From positions 15,453-79,452 of the forward strand of contig WTJA01000028.1 of NCBI GenBank assembly GCA_011524995.1: DNA of 64,000 bases, in the 5' to 3' direction. The notes under the pieces were generated by a model. It saw only the letters and a program-made list of their open reading frames with translations, did not search any database and was not told the DNA's origin. The stretch comes from Alphaproteobacteria bacterium (GTDB taxonomy: Bacteria; Pseudomonadota; Alphaproteobacteria; Puniceispirillales; Puniceispirillaceae). The position numbers and the translations under genes were made by a program. Below, in pieces: positions 42,882 through 52,526 of the stretch. Each line of letters begins with the position of its first letter. Position 1 is the stretch's first letter.

Positions 42882-43579
42882 GTGACGCCTGCTTGTGATG
42901 CTTTTGATGGCCCTAATTTCGGGGCGGCCACATAGAGCGGGTCCAAAGGTTGTGGGCGCTCACCCCGCTGATAATCTTGCCAACAGCTCAGCGCGATATC
43001 GGCCGCTGTCATATCGATAGCCATAACCGCTGCAGGCAGTGGCGCCTCTGAGGGAGGGGCGGCAATAATCGCCTCTGCCATGCCTAATTCTTGGCAATGG
43101 GCCGCAAGTGCATCTGGCATAATTTCTGTAATAGCGGTAAGCGGTGCCCCTTTGGCATCAAATCCTTGCGTAAAATAAGGGCCGCGTCTGGTATCGGCAC
43201 ATGACAAAACCATATGGCCTGGATGCTGCCTCAGCGTTGCTAAGGCGCGCGCCCGCAGGCCATTAACACCCCAGCCGATAAGGCCGCCTGCCAAAGTGAA
43301 GCCTTTCGCTGCCGCCAAACATACCCGGAGCCCTGTAAAGGAGCCTGGCCCGACACCTGCGGCAATATGGGTGATATCTGAAAAAGTAAGAGGCGACGCA
43401 TCGACCATCTCAGCTGCCATATCAACAAAGCTTGCCGCATGGCCATGTCGCGCCCGCAAGATGCGCTCATCAAGGATTACCCCGTCCTGGCATAGGGCCA
43501 CAGAGGCATGGTCACCACTTGCCTCAAGAGCAAGAATGTTGATGGGTGAGTGATTTTTATCTAGCAGCGAACTTGTCAT
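42878..43579 (-). CDS. tsaB: tRNA t6A37 biosynthesis protein TsaB
   Basis: It has ILALEASGDHASVAL and AAGVGPGSFTGLRV. I place the start at the ATG at 43579, but the ATG at 43654 is also open. Confidence 0.85.
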   Translation of the reverse strand: MTSSLLDKNHSPINILALEASGDHASVALCQDGVILDERILRARHGHAASFVDMAAEMVDASPLTFSDITHIAAGVGPGSFTGLRVCLAAAKGFTLAGGLIGWGVNGLRARALATLRQHPGHMVLSCADTRRGPYFTQGFDAKGAPLTAITEIMPDALAAHCQELGMAEAIIAAPPSEAPLPAAVMAIDMTAADIALSCWQDYQRGERPQPLDPLYVAAPKLGPSKASQAGVT

Positions 43580-43682
43580 ACTGTATGATGTACTCAGCCT
43601 AGCGGCGCGGGTCAAAATATTATTCAACCCTAGCACCGCAGCAACAGATATCATTTAAAGGCACGAAAAACGGGAACTGGCG

Positions 43683-44729
43683 ATGCGCGTGATACTCTCT
43701 TTCTATCGAATGATTATGGGATTGTTAGGACTAAGCTTCTTAATGATGACTGGCATGAGCCACAGCGCCATTGCACAAGAAAAAGAGATGGTCTCACATG
43801 CGAGCGTGATCATGTATCATCGCTTTAATGAGCAACGCTATCCCTCAACCAATACAACCCTAGAACAGCTTGAGGCCCATATCACCTATCTTCAAGAGGG
43901 GGGCTTCAATGTGATGTCCTTGCCAGACATCGTTTATGCGTTTCAATCTGGCCAACAAGTCCCAGATAAAACAGTCGCCATCACCATTGATGATGCTTAT
44001 CTGTCTGTTTTTGAGCATGGCTGGCCACGCTTTGAAGAGGCTGGTTTTCCTATCACGCTCTTTATCGCCACAGACCCGATTGACCGAGGCTTGCGCGGCT
44101 ATATGGATTGGGACCAAATCAGAGAGCTGCAAGCCAAAGGTGTCACCATCGGCTCACAAACCAAAAGCCATCCGCATATGCACCGCATTAGCGAAGAGGC
44201 TGTGAGCGAAGAGCTATCTTATTCCAACGAACGCTTTTTGGCTGAATTAGGATTGCGCCCTGATTTATTTGCCTATCCGTATGGCGAATATAGCTTGTCG
44301 GTGGTTGAGCAAGTCAAAGAAGCTGGCTTCATTGCTGCCTTTGGGCAAAATTCCGGCATTATGCATGCGGATGATTTGACCTTTGAATTACCACGCTTTG
44401 CCTTTAATGAGACCTATGGCGATATCCAAAGATTGGAGCTTGCCGCCAATGGTTTGCCTTTGAAAGTCACTGACATCACGCCAGCAGATATGGTGATTAC
44501 ACAAAACCCACCACTCTATGGCTTTACCCTTGATGAAGCGATGGAACCGAAAGGCCAGCTGCGCTGTTTTTCATCAAAATATGGTAAATTAGATGTCTCT
44601 TTATTGGGACAGCGTGCTGAGATACGCCTGCCAGGACCATTGGATGGGCCGCGTTTCCGCATTAACTGCACTATGCCAGGTCAAGATGGCAGATGGCGCT
44701 GGTTCGGGCGGCAATTCCTTACCAAATAA
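43683..44729 (+). CDS. Exported polysaccharide deacetylase (NodB homology domain)
   Basis: It has a signal peptide ...SHSAIAQE, then IMYHRF, VAITIDDAY, and H...H in SQTKSHPHMH. Confidence 0.85.
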   Translation: MRVILSFYRMIMGLLGLSFLMMTGMSHSAIAQEKEMVSHASVIMYHRFNEQRYPSTNTTLEQLEAHITYLQEGGFNVMSLPDIVYAFQSGQQVPDKTVAITIDDAYLSVFEHGWPRFEEAGFPITLFIATDPIDRGLRGYMDWDQIRELQAKGVTIGSQTKSHPHMHRISEEAVSEELSYSNERFLAELGLRPDLFAYPYGEYSLSVVEQVKEAGFIAAFGQNSGIMHADDLTFELPRFAFNETYGDIQRLELAANGLPLKVTDITPADMVITQNPPLYGFTLDEAMEPKGQLRCFSSKYGKLDVSLLGQRAEIRLPGPLDGPRFRINCTMPGQDGRWRWFGRQFLTK

Positions 44730-44734
44730 GGCGC

Positions 44735-46222
44735 CTAGCTTTGGCTAGCCAAGATATGATCCTCGTATATATCAAAGCGATTCTGCAAAATCATAGCGCG
44801 TAGAATATAGACATATTTGTCGCCTGTCTCAGCATAAGGTGTGAGATAGGCTGCTAAATCCATCCCTGTGACTGGCTGCTCATTTGCGATCAGGGCCGCG
44901 CGCGCATCTCGCAACGGCGCATAGGCATAATGCGTGTTGAGATTATGCATATAAGCCACGATAGAATCATAAATTGACGGGAAAGAACGAATGACAGCAC
45001 GGCTATTAGAGGCGTCTAATGGCTTCATACCGGCATCTTCAGACCAGGCCCATTGACCAAATAGCGCATTGCCTTCACGGGCGAACCGAGACAGGCCCCA
45101 CCCTGATTCTACTGCAGCTTGGGCCAAGGCTAAAGAGGGCGGAATAGGTTGGATCCGATGACGTAATTCGGCAATAAGCGCGTCTCTATCACCCTCAAAT
45201 TTCCGCAGACGATATAGGGCCTTAAAGCGTGCAATCTGTGCCTGATTTTCAGTTTCAATCGCAAATTCCAACGCTGCCTGGCGGGCCCGCAATTGATCAT
45301 TCGCCTCCAAAATAAGCGGGAGCAATGTTTCAATAAAAGCCTGCTTACGCTGCGGCACCGTTAACTCATCCAATTCATCAGGCAATGTCACAGCAAATTG
45401 AGGAGCCACTTTACCTGCCTCATATTGCTTGATGATTCGCCCTGGGGCTGGCAAGGCGCGTGTGGCATAGGATTGGGCAAGCTCTGTCTCAGCCGTCTCT
45501 GTTTGGGCATCATCTTCCTCACGCGGCTGCTCGTCATCTGAAGAGGATTGAGCGGCCACTTCATTATCCTGTTGTGCTTGGCTAGCGGTATCGGCTGATA
45601 ATGTTTCAAGGCGTTCTTGCAGATAAGCGAGATCAGCGCGGCTTCCTGCGGATAGCTGGTTAGTCGCGATAACTTTTTCCAAAGCCTCTTGCGCTTGTTT
45701 TTCGATCTGCCGTGCGAGAGCTAGCGCACGCAAAGCGCGCTGTTCCATTTCATTGGCGCTAATCAGCGCACTTCTGGCTGATTGTTCTTTGGATTGGGCT
45801 AATAATAACGCCTTTTTGGCATCTTCATCAGCCTTTTGCGCTTGGGCAAAATTATCAATCGCGCGGTCGGCCTCTTGTTTGGCAAGTGCTAACCCTTCAG
45901 AAGCAAGCGAGGCCCGCATTTCAGCATCTTCAATCGCTTTTTGGCCGCGGGCATCACGTTGTTTCAATTGTGCAATTTGCGCCTCTAACAGGGCGATTTC
46001 CGCGCGCAAATGAAAGGCTTCACCATCTATCGCTTCATCGACACGCTCTTGGTCTGGCATGAGGCGTGGCGGTTTAACTGACAGCGCCAAGGGCAAAAGA
46101 TATAGCAAGCCAATCGCCGCAATCAGTGAGGATAGAATCCAAATTTGCAGCCGCTGGCCTTTTTTCTTTTGCTCTAGCTCTCTTTGCCGATGCATCCGTT
46201 GTGAGGCAGGAGATGGCACCAA
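44735..46222 (-). CDS. Membrane-anchored coiled-coil protein with a C-terminal Bax/FlgJ-like glucosaminidase domain
   Basis: It has a TM segment (IWILSSLIAAIGLLYLLPLAL), about 170 aa of heptad-like Ala/Gln/Glu/Lys-rich sequence, and an acidic linker. The C-terminus has PPSLALAQAAVESGWGLSRFAREGNALFG, typical of the glucosaminidase domain. Confidence 0.7.
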   Translation of the reverse strand: MVPSPASQRMHRQRELEQKKKGQRLQIWILSSLIAAIGLLYLLPLALSVKPPRLMPDQERVDEAIDGEAFHLRAEIALLEAQIAQLKQRDARGQKAIEDAEMRASLASEGLALAKQEADRAIDNFAQAQKADEDAKKALLLAQSKEQSARSALISANEMEQRALRALALARQIEKQAQEALEKVIATNQLSAGSRADLAYLQERLETLSADTASQAQQDNEVAAQSSSDDEQPREEDDAQTETAETELAQSYATRALPAPGRIIKQYEAGKVAPQFAVTLPDELDELTVPQRKQAFIETLLPLILEANDQLRARQAALEFAIETENQAQIARFKALYRLRKFEGDRDALIAELRHRIQPIPPSLALAQAAVESGWGLSRFAREGNALFGQWAWSEDAGMKPLDASNSRAVIRSFPSIYDSIVAYMHNLNTHYAYAPLRDARAALIANEQPVTGMDLAAYLTPYAETGDKYVYILRAMILQNRFDIYEDHILASQS

Positions 46223-46290
46223 ACTGTCACCTATGGCGGTTTGGCAAGGCCTAGCTTAGGCGGCCTTGCGAGGTTGAGACCAGCCCTAAT

Positions 46291-46839
46291 TTAGGCTGGC
46301 CGCACTTCTTTCACTTCAGGGATGTAGTGGCGCAACATATTCTCAATCCCCATTTTCAATGTTGCTGTTGAACTTGGGCAACCTGAACACGCACCTTGCA
46401 TTGATAATGTCACAATCCCATCTTCAAAATCATGGAAGACGATATCACCGCCATCCATAGCCACAGCTGGGCGCACGCGTGTATCTAGCAAATGTTTAAT
46501 TTGCTTCACCACATCATCATCATCGTCATCTGAGGCATCAGTGGCATCAGCTTGCGCCTCTACCACAGGCAAACCAGACGCATAATGCTCCATGATGCCG
46601 GCAAGAATTGATGGTTTTAGCGTGAACCATTCTTGCTGATCTGACTTAGTAACTGTGACAAAATCTGATCCTAAAAAGACCGCTTCAACGCCATCTACCT
46701 GGAAAAGGCGACGGGCCAATGGGGAGCGACGCGCCGCATCACTATCAGGAAAATCCGCTGTGCCCTGACCCATGACATCTGTTCCTGGAATAAATTTCAG
46801 GGTTGCTGGGTTTGGTGTATCTTCTGTTTGGATAAACAT
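46291..46839 (-). CDS. NifU/Nfu-family Fe-S cluster scaffold (Nfu_N plus NifU C-terminal domain)
   Basis: The N-terminus is MFIQTEDTPNPATLKF, and MDGGDI and the CxxC in GACSGCPSS are present. Confidence 0.88.
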   Translation of the reverse strand: MFIQTEDTPNPATLKFIPGTDVMGQGTADFPDSDAARRSPLARRLFQVDGVEAVFLGSDFVTVTKSDQQEWFTLKPSILAGIMEHYASGLPVVEAQADATDASDDDDDDVVKQIKHLLDTRVRPAVAMDGGDIVFHDFEDGIVTLSMQGACSGCPSSTATLKMGIENMLRHYIPEVKEVRPA

Positions 46840-46936
46840 GGTTTATCACCTCACTTTTGCGATTTGCTTTTCTATCATAAAGAAGAAGGCAAAATTTGGG
46901 AATAGCCGGCCCTTAAATTATCATAATCACTGACGG

Positions 46937-47950
46937 TTACCTTACAAAACCGACAATCTCTTTTACCTCATCAAGGATGGGACGGGCGATGGCATCGGCT
47001 CTGGCTGCGCCTTTGGCAAGCTGATTATCAATCTCGCCAATATCACCAAGTAAGCGTCTCATCTCTTCTGATATAGGTGCTATCACCGCAGTTGCAAGCT
47101 CAGCCAAAGCAGGTTTAAAGGCCCCAAAGCCCTGACCGCCAAATTCCTGCAAAATGGCTGCCTCGCTCTGACCAGACAGGCCGGCATAGATCCCAACAAG
47201 ATTCCGCGCTTCAGGGCGCTCAGATAGGCCTGCACTCTCTGAGGGAAGGACATCAGCATCTGATTTTGCTTTTTTAATCTTTTGCGCAATCAGATCAGCA
47301 TCATCTGTTAAATTGATCCGCGACATGTCTGATTCAGCAGATTTGCTCATTTTTGCACTCCCATCACGCAATGACATCACGCGCGCCGCTGTCTCTTGAA
47401 TCTGCGGCTCTGGTAGCGGGAAAAAGTCTGTTTCAAACATGGAATTAAAGGCTGTTGCAATATCTCTGGTAAGCTCAAGATGCTGCTTTTGGTCATCACC
47501 AACGGGTACATGTGTGGCCTTATAAGCCAAAATATCAGCCGCCATCAAAACCGGATACCCATAAAGGCCAACTGTTGCGTTTTCGCGGTTCTTGCCAGCT
47601 TTTTCTTTAAATTGTGTCATCCGATTGAGCCAGCCTAGACGTGCTACACAATTAAAAATCCAAGCTAATTCTGTATGGCTGCTTACCTGAGATTGGTTGA
47701 ATAAAATGGCCTGTTCTACATCAATGCCAGAGGCGATCAGGCTTGCTGCCACCTCTCTGGTTGATTGCCGCAGCGCAGCTGGATCTTGTGGCACTGTGAT
47801 CGCATGCAAATCAACAACACAAAAAATAGACTCAAACTCATTCTGATAGGCGACCCAATTTTTAATAGCGCCCAAATAATTGCCAAGATGAAGATTCCCA
47901 GTTGGTTGAACACCAGAGAAAATACGGCCTTTTTTGTTTGTATCGCTCAT
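46937..47950 (-). CDS. trpS: Tryptophan-tRNA ligase
   Basis: It has [15 protein letters not shown] (HIGH-type motif) and KMSKS. Confidence 0.96.
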   Translation of the reverse strand: MSDTNKKGRIFSGVQPTGNLHLGNYLGAIKNWVAYQNEFESIFCVVDLHAITVPQDPAALRQSTREVAASLIASGIDVEQAILFNQSQVSSHTELAWIFNCVARLGWLNRMTQFKEKAGKNRENATVGLYGYPVLMAADILAYKATHVPVGDDQKQHLELTRDIATAFNSMFETDFFPLPEPQIQETAARVMSLRDGSAKMSKSAESDMSRINLTDDADLIAQKIKKAKSDADVLPSESAGLSERPEARNLVGIYAGLSGQSEAAILQEFGGQGFGAFKPALAELATAVIAPISEEMRRLLGDIGEIDNQLAKGAARADAIARPILDEVKEIVGFVR

Positions 47951-48049
47951 TTTTTACTCACTTTACCTGTGCGCTGTATCTGATCAGAGACATGCCATTG
48001 ATCGCGGCTGCTATCATCTGTGTTTTTGGCTGAAAATCAAGTGCTATCC

Positions 48050-49642
48050 TTACGCCTTGCCACGGCGGAATAAAAAGGGAGGAATGATCCGCATGATCCC
48101 AGCTATCGCAAAATAGCTCACTAAACCGATCATCATGAGGATCAAGAGCTGGGGTAAGGCTGATGATAAGAGTTCATAGGACAAGGCTGACAGCACTGAT
48201 TGTCCTAACGCAAGCGCTACACCCATCACAGCAGAGGCCACACACACCGCTAAAGGACCGCGGAACGCCTGCCATGTGAGGCGTTGTTCCTTTAGCAAGA
48301 TCACACCCATGATGATGACGCTAACCCATGACGCTAGACCCGTTGCCAATGCTAGCCCGACATGTCCCAAGACAGGCATCAATAAGAGCGACCCCGTGAC
48401 ATTGATAATAATCATCAAAAAGGAAATCTTGGCCACAAGCCCCCCTCTTTGCGAGGCGAAAAAGGCCGGCTGGAATGTCTTGTTAATGACAAAGGCAGGC
48501 AGCCCCACACCATAGGCCGCGAGGGATGCGGCGGCCATGGAGACATCTGTTGCGGTAAAGGCGCCATACCCAAATAAGCCCCCTATCACGACCTCACCGA
48601 TAATGATAACCGCCACAGCCGCCGGGATAGCAAAGAAACAACCAATATGAAGCGAGTGACCAAGACGATTGGCCACTTCAGACTTATTTTGTTCTGACTC
48701 CAATTTTGATAATTGCGGCAATAAGGCTGTGCCAAGCGCGATACCGATCACACCTAGCGGTAATTGCACAATTCTATCAGAATAATAGAGCCATGATATA
48801 GCGCCAACAGACACAAGCGAGGCTAGAATCATATCAATCAGCAGATTAATCTGAAGCCCGCCTGCCCCAAGCGCCGCTGGCACAAAAGCCCGCCACATTT
48901 GCCGCCCGGCCGGGCTGATATGAGGGCGCCGCCATGCCAAAGAGGCATCAATTTTAAGGAGCATCCGCTGCATTAACGCCATTTGACAGACCCCTGCCAC
49001 CAGAACAGCCACCGATAGAGGTAGTGCGAGCCATAAAATATGTGAGGTTGGTGTTGTCGCAAATTGCAATGCGGGAATAAGCAAGGCCCCGCCAATTAAG
49101 CAAATATTCAAAATCACAGGCGCCACCGCGCCCCCAAAAAACCGCTCATGCGCATTCGTCACGGCTGCCCATAGGGCGACGAGGGAGATCATTGGCAAAT
49201 AGGGGATGGTCACGCGCGCTAAGGCAATTGTTGCCTCAAACCGCGCTGGCGTATCGGCAAACCCAGGTGCAAGTACCCAAATGACAAAAGGCATAAAGAT
49301 TTCAAGGAGTATGACAATGGCGGCAAGGGCCAGAAATAATAGGGTTTGGATCTCAGCAGCTAAGGTGAGGGCCGCCGCTCGTCCTGCCTTTTGACGCACC
49401 TCTGAGAAAACGGGCAAAAAGGCATTTGTCATCGCCCCATCTGCGGTTAAGCGGCGAAACAGATTGGGTAATTTGAAGGCCACAAGAAATGCATCCGCGG
49501 CAAGTCCTGCCCCTAAGAATTGGGCCAGGCAAATATCACGCACAAACCCCAAAAGGCGAGATAAGGCCGTGAGGCTTCCAATCTGGCGGAAATGCCGGTC
49601 AAATTTGGCATCACTTTTTTTATGCTCAGCGCCGCGTGCCAT
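48050..49642 (-). CDS. murJ: Lipid II flippase MurJ
   Basis: About 530 aa and multi-TM, with LSRLLGFVRD near the N-terminus. The ATG at 49642 lies 3 nt after the glnD stop, and a GTG at 49645 is also possible. Confidence 0.92.
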   Translation of the reverse strand: MARGAEHKKSDAKFDRHFRQIGSLTALSRLLGFVRDICLAQFLGAGLAADAFLVAFKLPNLFRRLTADGAMTNAFLPVFSEVRQKAGRAAALTLAAEIQTLLFLALAAIVILLEIFMPFVIWVLAPGFADTPARFEATIALARVTIPYLPMISLVALWAAVTNAHERFFGGAVAPVILNICLIGGALLIPALQFATTPTSHILWLALPLSVAVLVAGVCQMALMQRMLLKIDASLAWRRPHISPAGRQMWRAFVPAALGAGGLQINLLIDMILASLVSVGAISWLYYSDRIVQLPLGVIGIALGTALLPQLSKLESEQNKSEVANRLGHSLHIGCFFAIPAAVAVIIIGEVVIGGLFGYGAFTATDVSMAAASLAAYGVGLPAFVINKTFQPAFFASQRGGLVAKISFLMIIINVTGSLLLMPVLGHVGLALATGLASWVSVIIMGVILLKEQRLTWQAFRGPLAVCVASAVMGVALALGQSVLSALSYELLSSALPQLLILMMIGLVSYFAIAGIMRIIPPFLFRRGKA

Positions 49643-49645
49643 CAC

Positions 49646-52492
49646 TTACTCTGTTTCTGCCTCGGTAATAAGAGATAGTAATTTCACCTTCACAGCCTCA
49701 ATACCTCTGTCTGACTTCATTTGTAATCCAAAGATATCTTTCACATAAAAGACATCTACCGCCTTTTCACCGTAAGTAGAAACAGAAGCTGATGTGATTT
49801 GTAAACCAAGCTGCGCAATGTGATAGGTTAGTTGATATAATAGACCTGGCCTATCTCTGCCATTTACTTCAATCACCGTATGAGATTTGGAGCGTTTATT
49901 TGTCACAATCACGCGTGGCGAGACGGATAAGGCACGCAAACGGGCCGGCTGGCTTTGCCATTTTTTCTCTAGCGCGATATGCAAATTCATTTCACCCATC
50001 AGGGCTTGTTCAATGCGGCTTGTCAGCATCTTCAATTTTGCTTGATTTGTAACAGCTTGCCTATCATCTGTTTGCAAACGGAACTGATCAAGAATTGTCC
50101 CATCTTTACGGGTGTTAATTCTCGCCGACACAATCGTCATCTGGCTCAACGCCACTGCGCCAGCAATGCGAGAAAATAAGCCGGGATGATCTTGCGCCAT
50201 AATGGTCATAATCGTTGTACGGCTCGTCTCATCTACCTCATATTGAATGGATAAGGGGGTATCAGTCTCCTGAAAGGCTTCAATGAGATGCGCATGCGCC
50301 TGATGTGTTTTTGGATCAAAGGCTGTCCAATAAGAGGGATAGAATAAGCCCGCATAGGCATCGAAGCGCGCCTCATCCCAGCCCTCTGTCTCAGCCAGAT
50401 AACTTTGTGCCTCAAACATCGCTTGTCCTGCTGCGGCACGCGCCACCTCTGCCGGACCTGCCCCCCCAATAACAGCCTCTGAACGCCAATATAAATCGCG
50501 CATTAAGCTGGCTTTCCAGCCATTCCAAATATCAGGACCAACCGCCCGAATATCAGCCACTGTCAAAATCAATAGGCATTTTAATCGCTCAGGGGATTGC
50601 ACAATATCGACAAAATCAGAGATTGTTTTGGGATCATTCAAATCATAGCGGAACGCAATCTTACTCATTAGGAGATGTTGTTCAATCAACCAGACCACCA
50701 TGTCTGTTTCATCGGCATCAAGGCCAAGCTGTGGACATAAGTTTGCCGCGACTTCAGCCCCTAAGACAGAATGATCACCGCCGCGGCCTTTGGCGATATC
50801 ATGAAGCAATATCGCAACATAAAGCGCTCGCCGCGATGATATCTTTGAAAATAAATCACATGCCAGCGGGGCCTCATCAGCAATCGTACCCGCTTCAATC
50901 GCATGCATCATACCAACCGCTTTGATAGTATGCTCATCAACTGTATAGCTATGATACATATCAAATTGCATCATGCCGACAATCCGCCCAAAATCAGGCA
51001 TATATTTCGATAAAAACCCGCTTTCATTCATCAGGCGCAATACCCGTTCTGGGCTTTGCTTATGACCTAAAATATCAAGGAAATAACGATGAATTTCTGC
51101 TGTCCAGAGATCAGCATGAGAGAGCCGGTTGGTGCCTCTGGTCAGACGTTTAAAACTATCGGGATGAATATCGAGATTTAACGTTTGGGCATAATAGAAT
51201 ATCTGAATACAGCGCACCGGATCTTGATGAAACATTAAATCAGATGGCAAATGAAGACGTCCATTGCGCAGCGTAAAAGGGCCAGTCTGGTAAGACAGGC
51301 GCGCCACCCCTGCTTCTAAAATGCGTGATAAAGAAAAGGCAGATTTAACGTCAAATTCATCTTCGATGGCGGCACAGAAAATACGCGTCAAATTCCCCAC
51401 TTGTCGCGCTGCCAAATAATAGCGCTTCATAAAGCGCTCAACATCACGCAGTCCACCACGCGAGACAAATCCCATTTTCGGGGCAATGTCTATTTGCGCA
51501 TCAAAGGCAAGCCTATCATCACCGCGATTGGCGCGGAGGTGAAGAAAACAACGCACGGTCCACAAGAAACGCTGTGAGGCTGCGAAGGCACGTGCCTCGG
51601 AGACACGAATGATACCTTGCTCAAAAATCGCCATAATATCTGCTTTACGATAGGCAAATTTGGCAATCCAAAACAAAGTATGAAGGTCACGCAACCCCCC
51701 CTTGCCTTCTTTCACTTGTGGCTCGACCACATAACGCGTAGCGCCATGTGACTGATGGCGCGTATCACGCTCTGCTAATTTTTCTGTCACAAAATCAAGG
51801 GGATTGGCGGCTTTAATGGCTTTTTGCAATGCTGTTTCCAATTGCTGATATAAAGCGTCATCCCCTGTGATAAATCTGATCTCTAATAAGGAGGTCATAA
51901 TAGTGATATCGGCTTTGGCAGCACGCATATTTTGGCGCACAGAGCGTGTGGCATGACCCACTTTGAGCCCCAAATCCCACAATAAATAAAGGCATATTTC
52001 GATTTCTTCCGCACTCTCAGGAGATTCGGCTTTTTCTTGAAGGAAAAGCAAATCAATATCCGAGAAAGGTGATAATTCCCCGCGCCCATAACCCCCTGTT
52101 GCGCATAAAGACCAGCTTTTGGCAAAGCTACTTTTGTGAGGATGTAATTTTGCAAAATAAGGCGCTGCTACCTCATGAACCAAGATTGTGAGGAGACAAT
52201 CCATGGATAATGCATGGGCCCCTACATAGCGAACGCCATCATGAGTGCGCTCTAAATCCTCTGCGAGCGCCGTCCGCATTTCAGCCATGGCTTGCTTAAT
52301 CGCAGTCACAGCGTCCGCGCGGAATCGAGTCGCATCTGATTCTGTCTCTGCAGCCTTTATAAGCTGCAGGCGCAAGGCACGCTCATCAAACGCAATCGCG
52401 TGCCGCTGGCGCGCCGCCTCATAGGGGTTCAACCATCCTTGCCATAGTGATTGCGGTGATGGTGGCGTCTGATCTGTGGGTGTATCAAGCAT
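49646..52492 (-). CDS. glnD: [Protein-PII] uridylyltransferase / uridylyl-removing enzyme
   Basis: 948 aa with a nucleotidyltransferase domain (GGYGRGELSPFSDIDL), an HD domain (LLHDIAKG) and two C-terminal ACT domains. Confidence 0.95.
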   Translation of the reverse strand: MLDTPTDQTPPSPQSLWQGWLNPYEAARQRHAIAFDERALRLQLIKAAETESDATRFRADAVTAIKQAMAEMRTALAEDLERTHDGVRYVGAHALSMDCLLTILVHEVAAPYFAKLHPHKSSFAKSWSLCATGGYGRGELSPFSDIDLLFLQEKAESPESAEEIEICLYLLWDLGLKVGHATRSVRQNMRAAKADITIMTSLLEIRFITGDDALYQQLETALQKAIKAANPLDFVTEKLAERDTRHQSHGATRYVVEPQVKEGKGGLRDLHTLFWIAKFAYRKADIMAIFEQGIIRVSEARAFAASQRFLWTVRCFLHLRANRGDDRLAFDAQIDIAPKMGFVSRGGLRDVERFMKRYYLAARQVGNLTRIFCAAIEDEFDVKSAFSLSRILEAGVARLSYQTGPFTLRNGRLHLPSDLMFHQDPVRCIQIFYYAQTLNLDIHPDSFKRLTRGTNRLSHADLWTAEIHRYFLDILGHKQSPERVLRLMNESGFLSKYMPDFGRIVGMMQFDMYHSYTVDEHTIKAVGMMHAIEAGTIADEAPLACDLFSKISSRRALYVAILLHDIAKGRGGDHSVLGAEVAANLCPQLGLDADETDMVVWLIEQHLLMSKIAFRYDLNDPKTISDFVDIVQSPERLKCLLILTVADIRAVGPDIWNGWKASLMRDLYWRSEAVIGGAGPAEVARAAAGQAMFEAQSYLAETEGWDEARFDAYAGLFYPSYWTAFDPKTHQAHAHLIEAFQETDTPLSIQYEVDETSRTTIMTIMAQDHPGLFSRIAGAVALSQMTIVSARINTRKDGTILDQFRLQTDDRQAVTNQAKLKMLTSRIEQALMGEMNLHIALEKKWQSQPARLRALSVSPRVIVTNKRSKSHTVIEVNGRDRPGLLYQLTYHIAQLGLQITSASVSTYGEKAVDVFYVKDIFGLQMKSDRGIEAVKVKLLSLITEAETE

Positions 52493-52526
52493 CTGGCTTT
52501 CAATCCTTAGGTTTGCGATCTACCGC

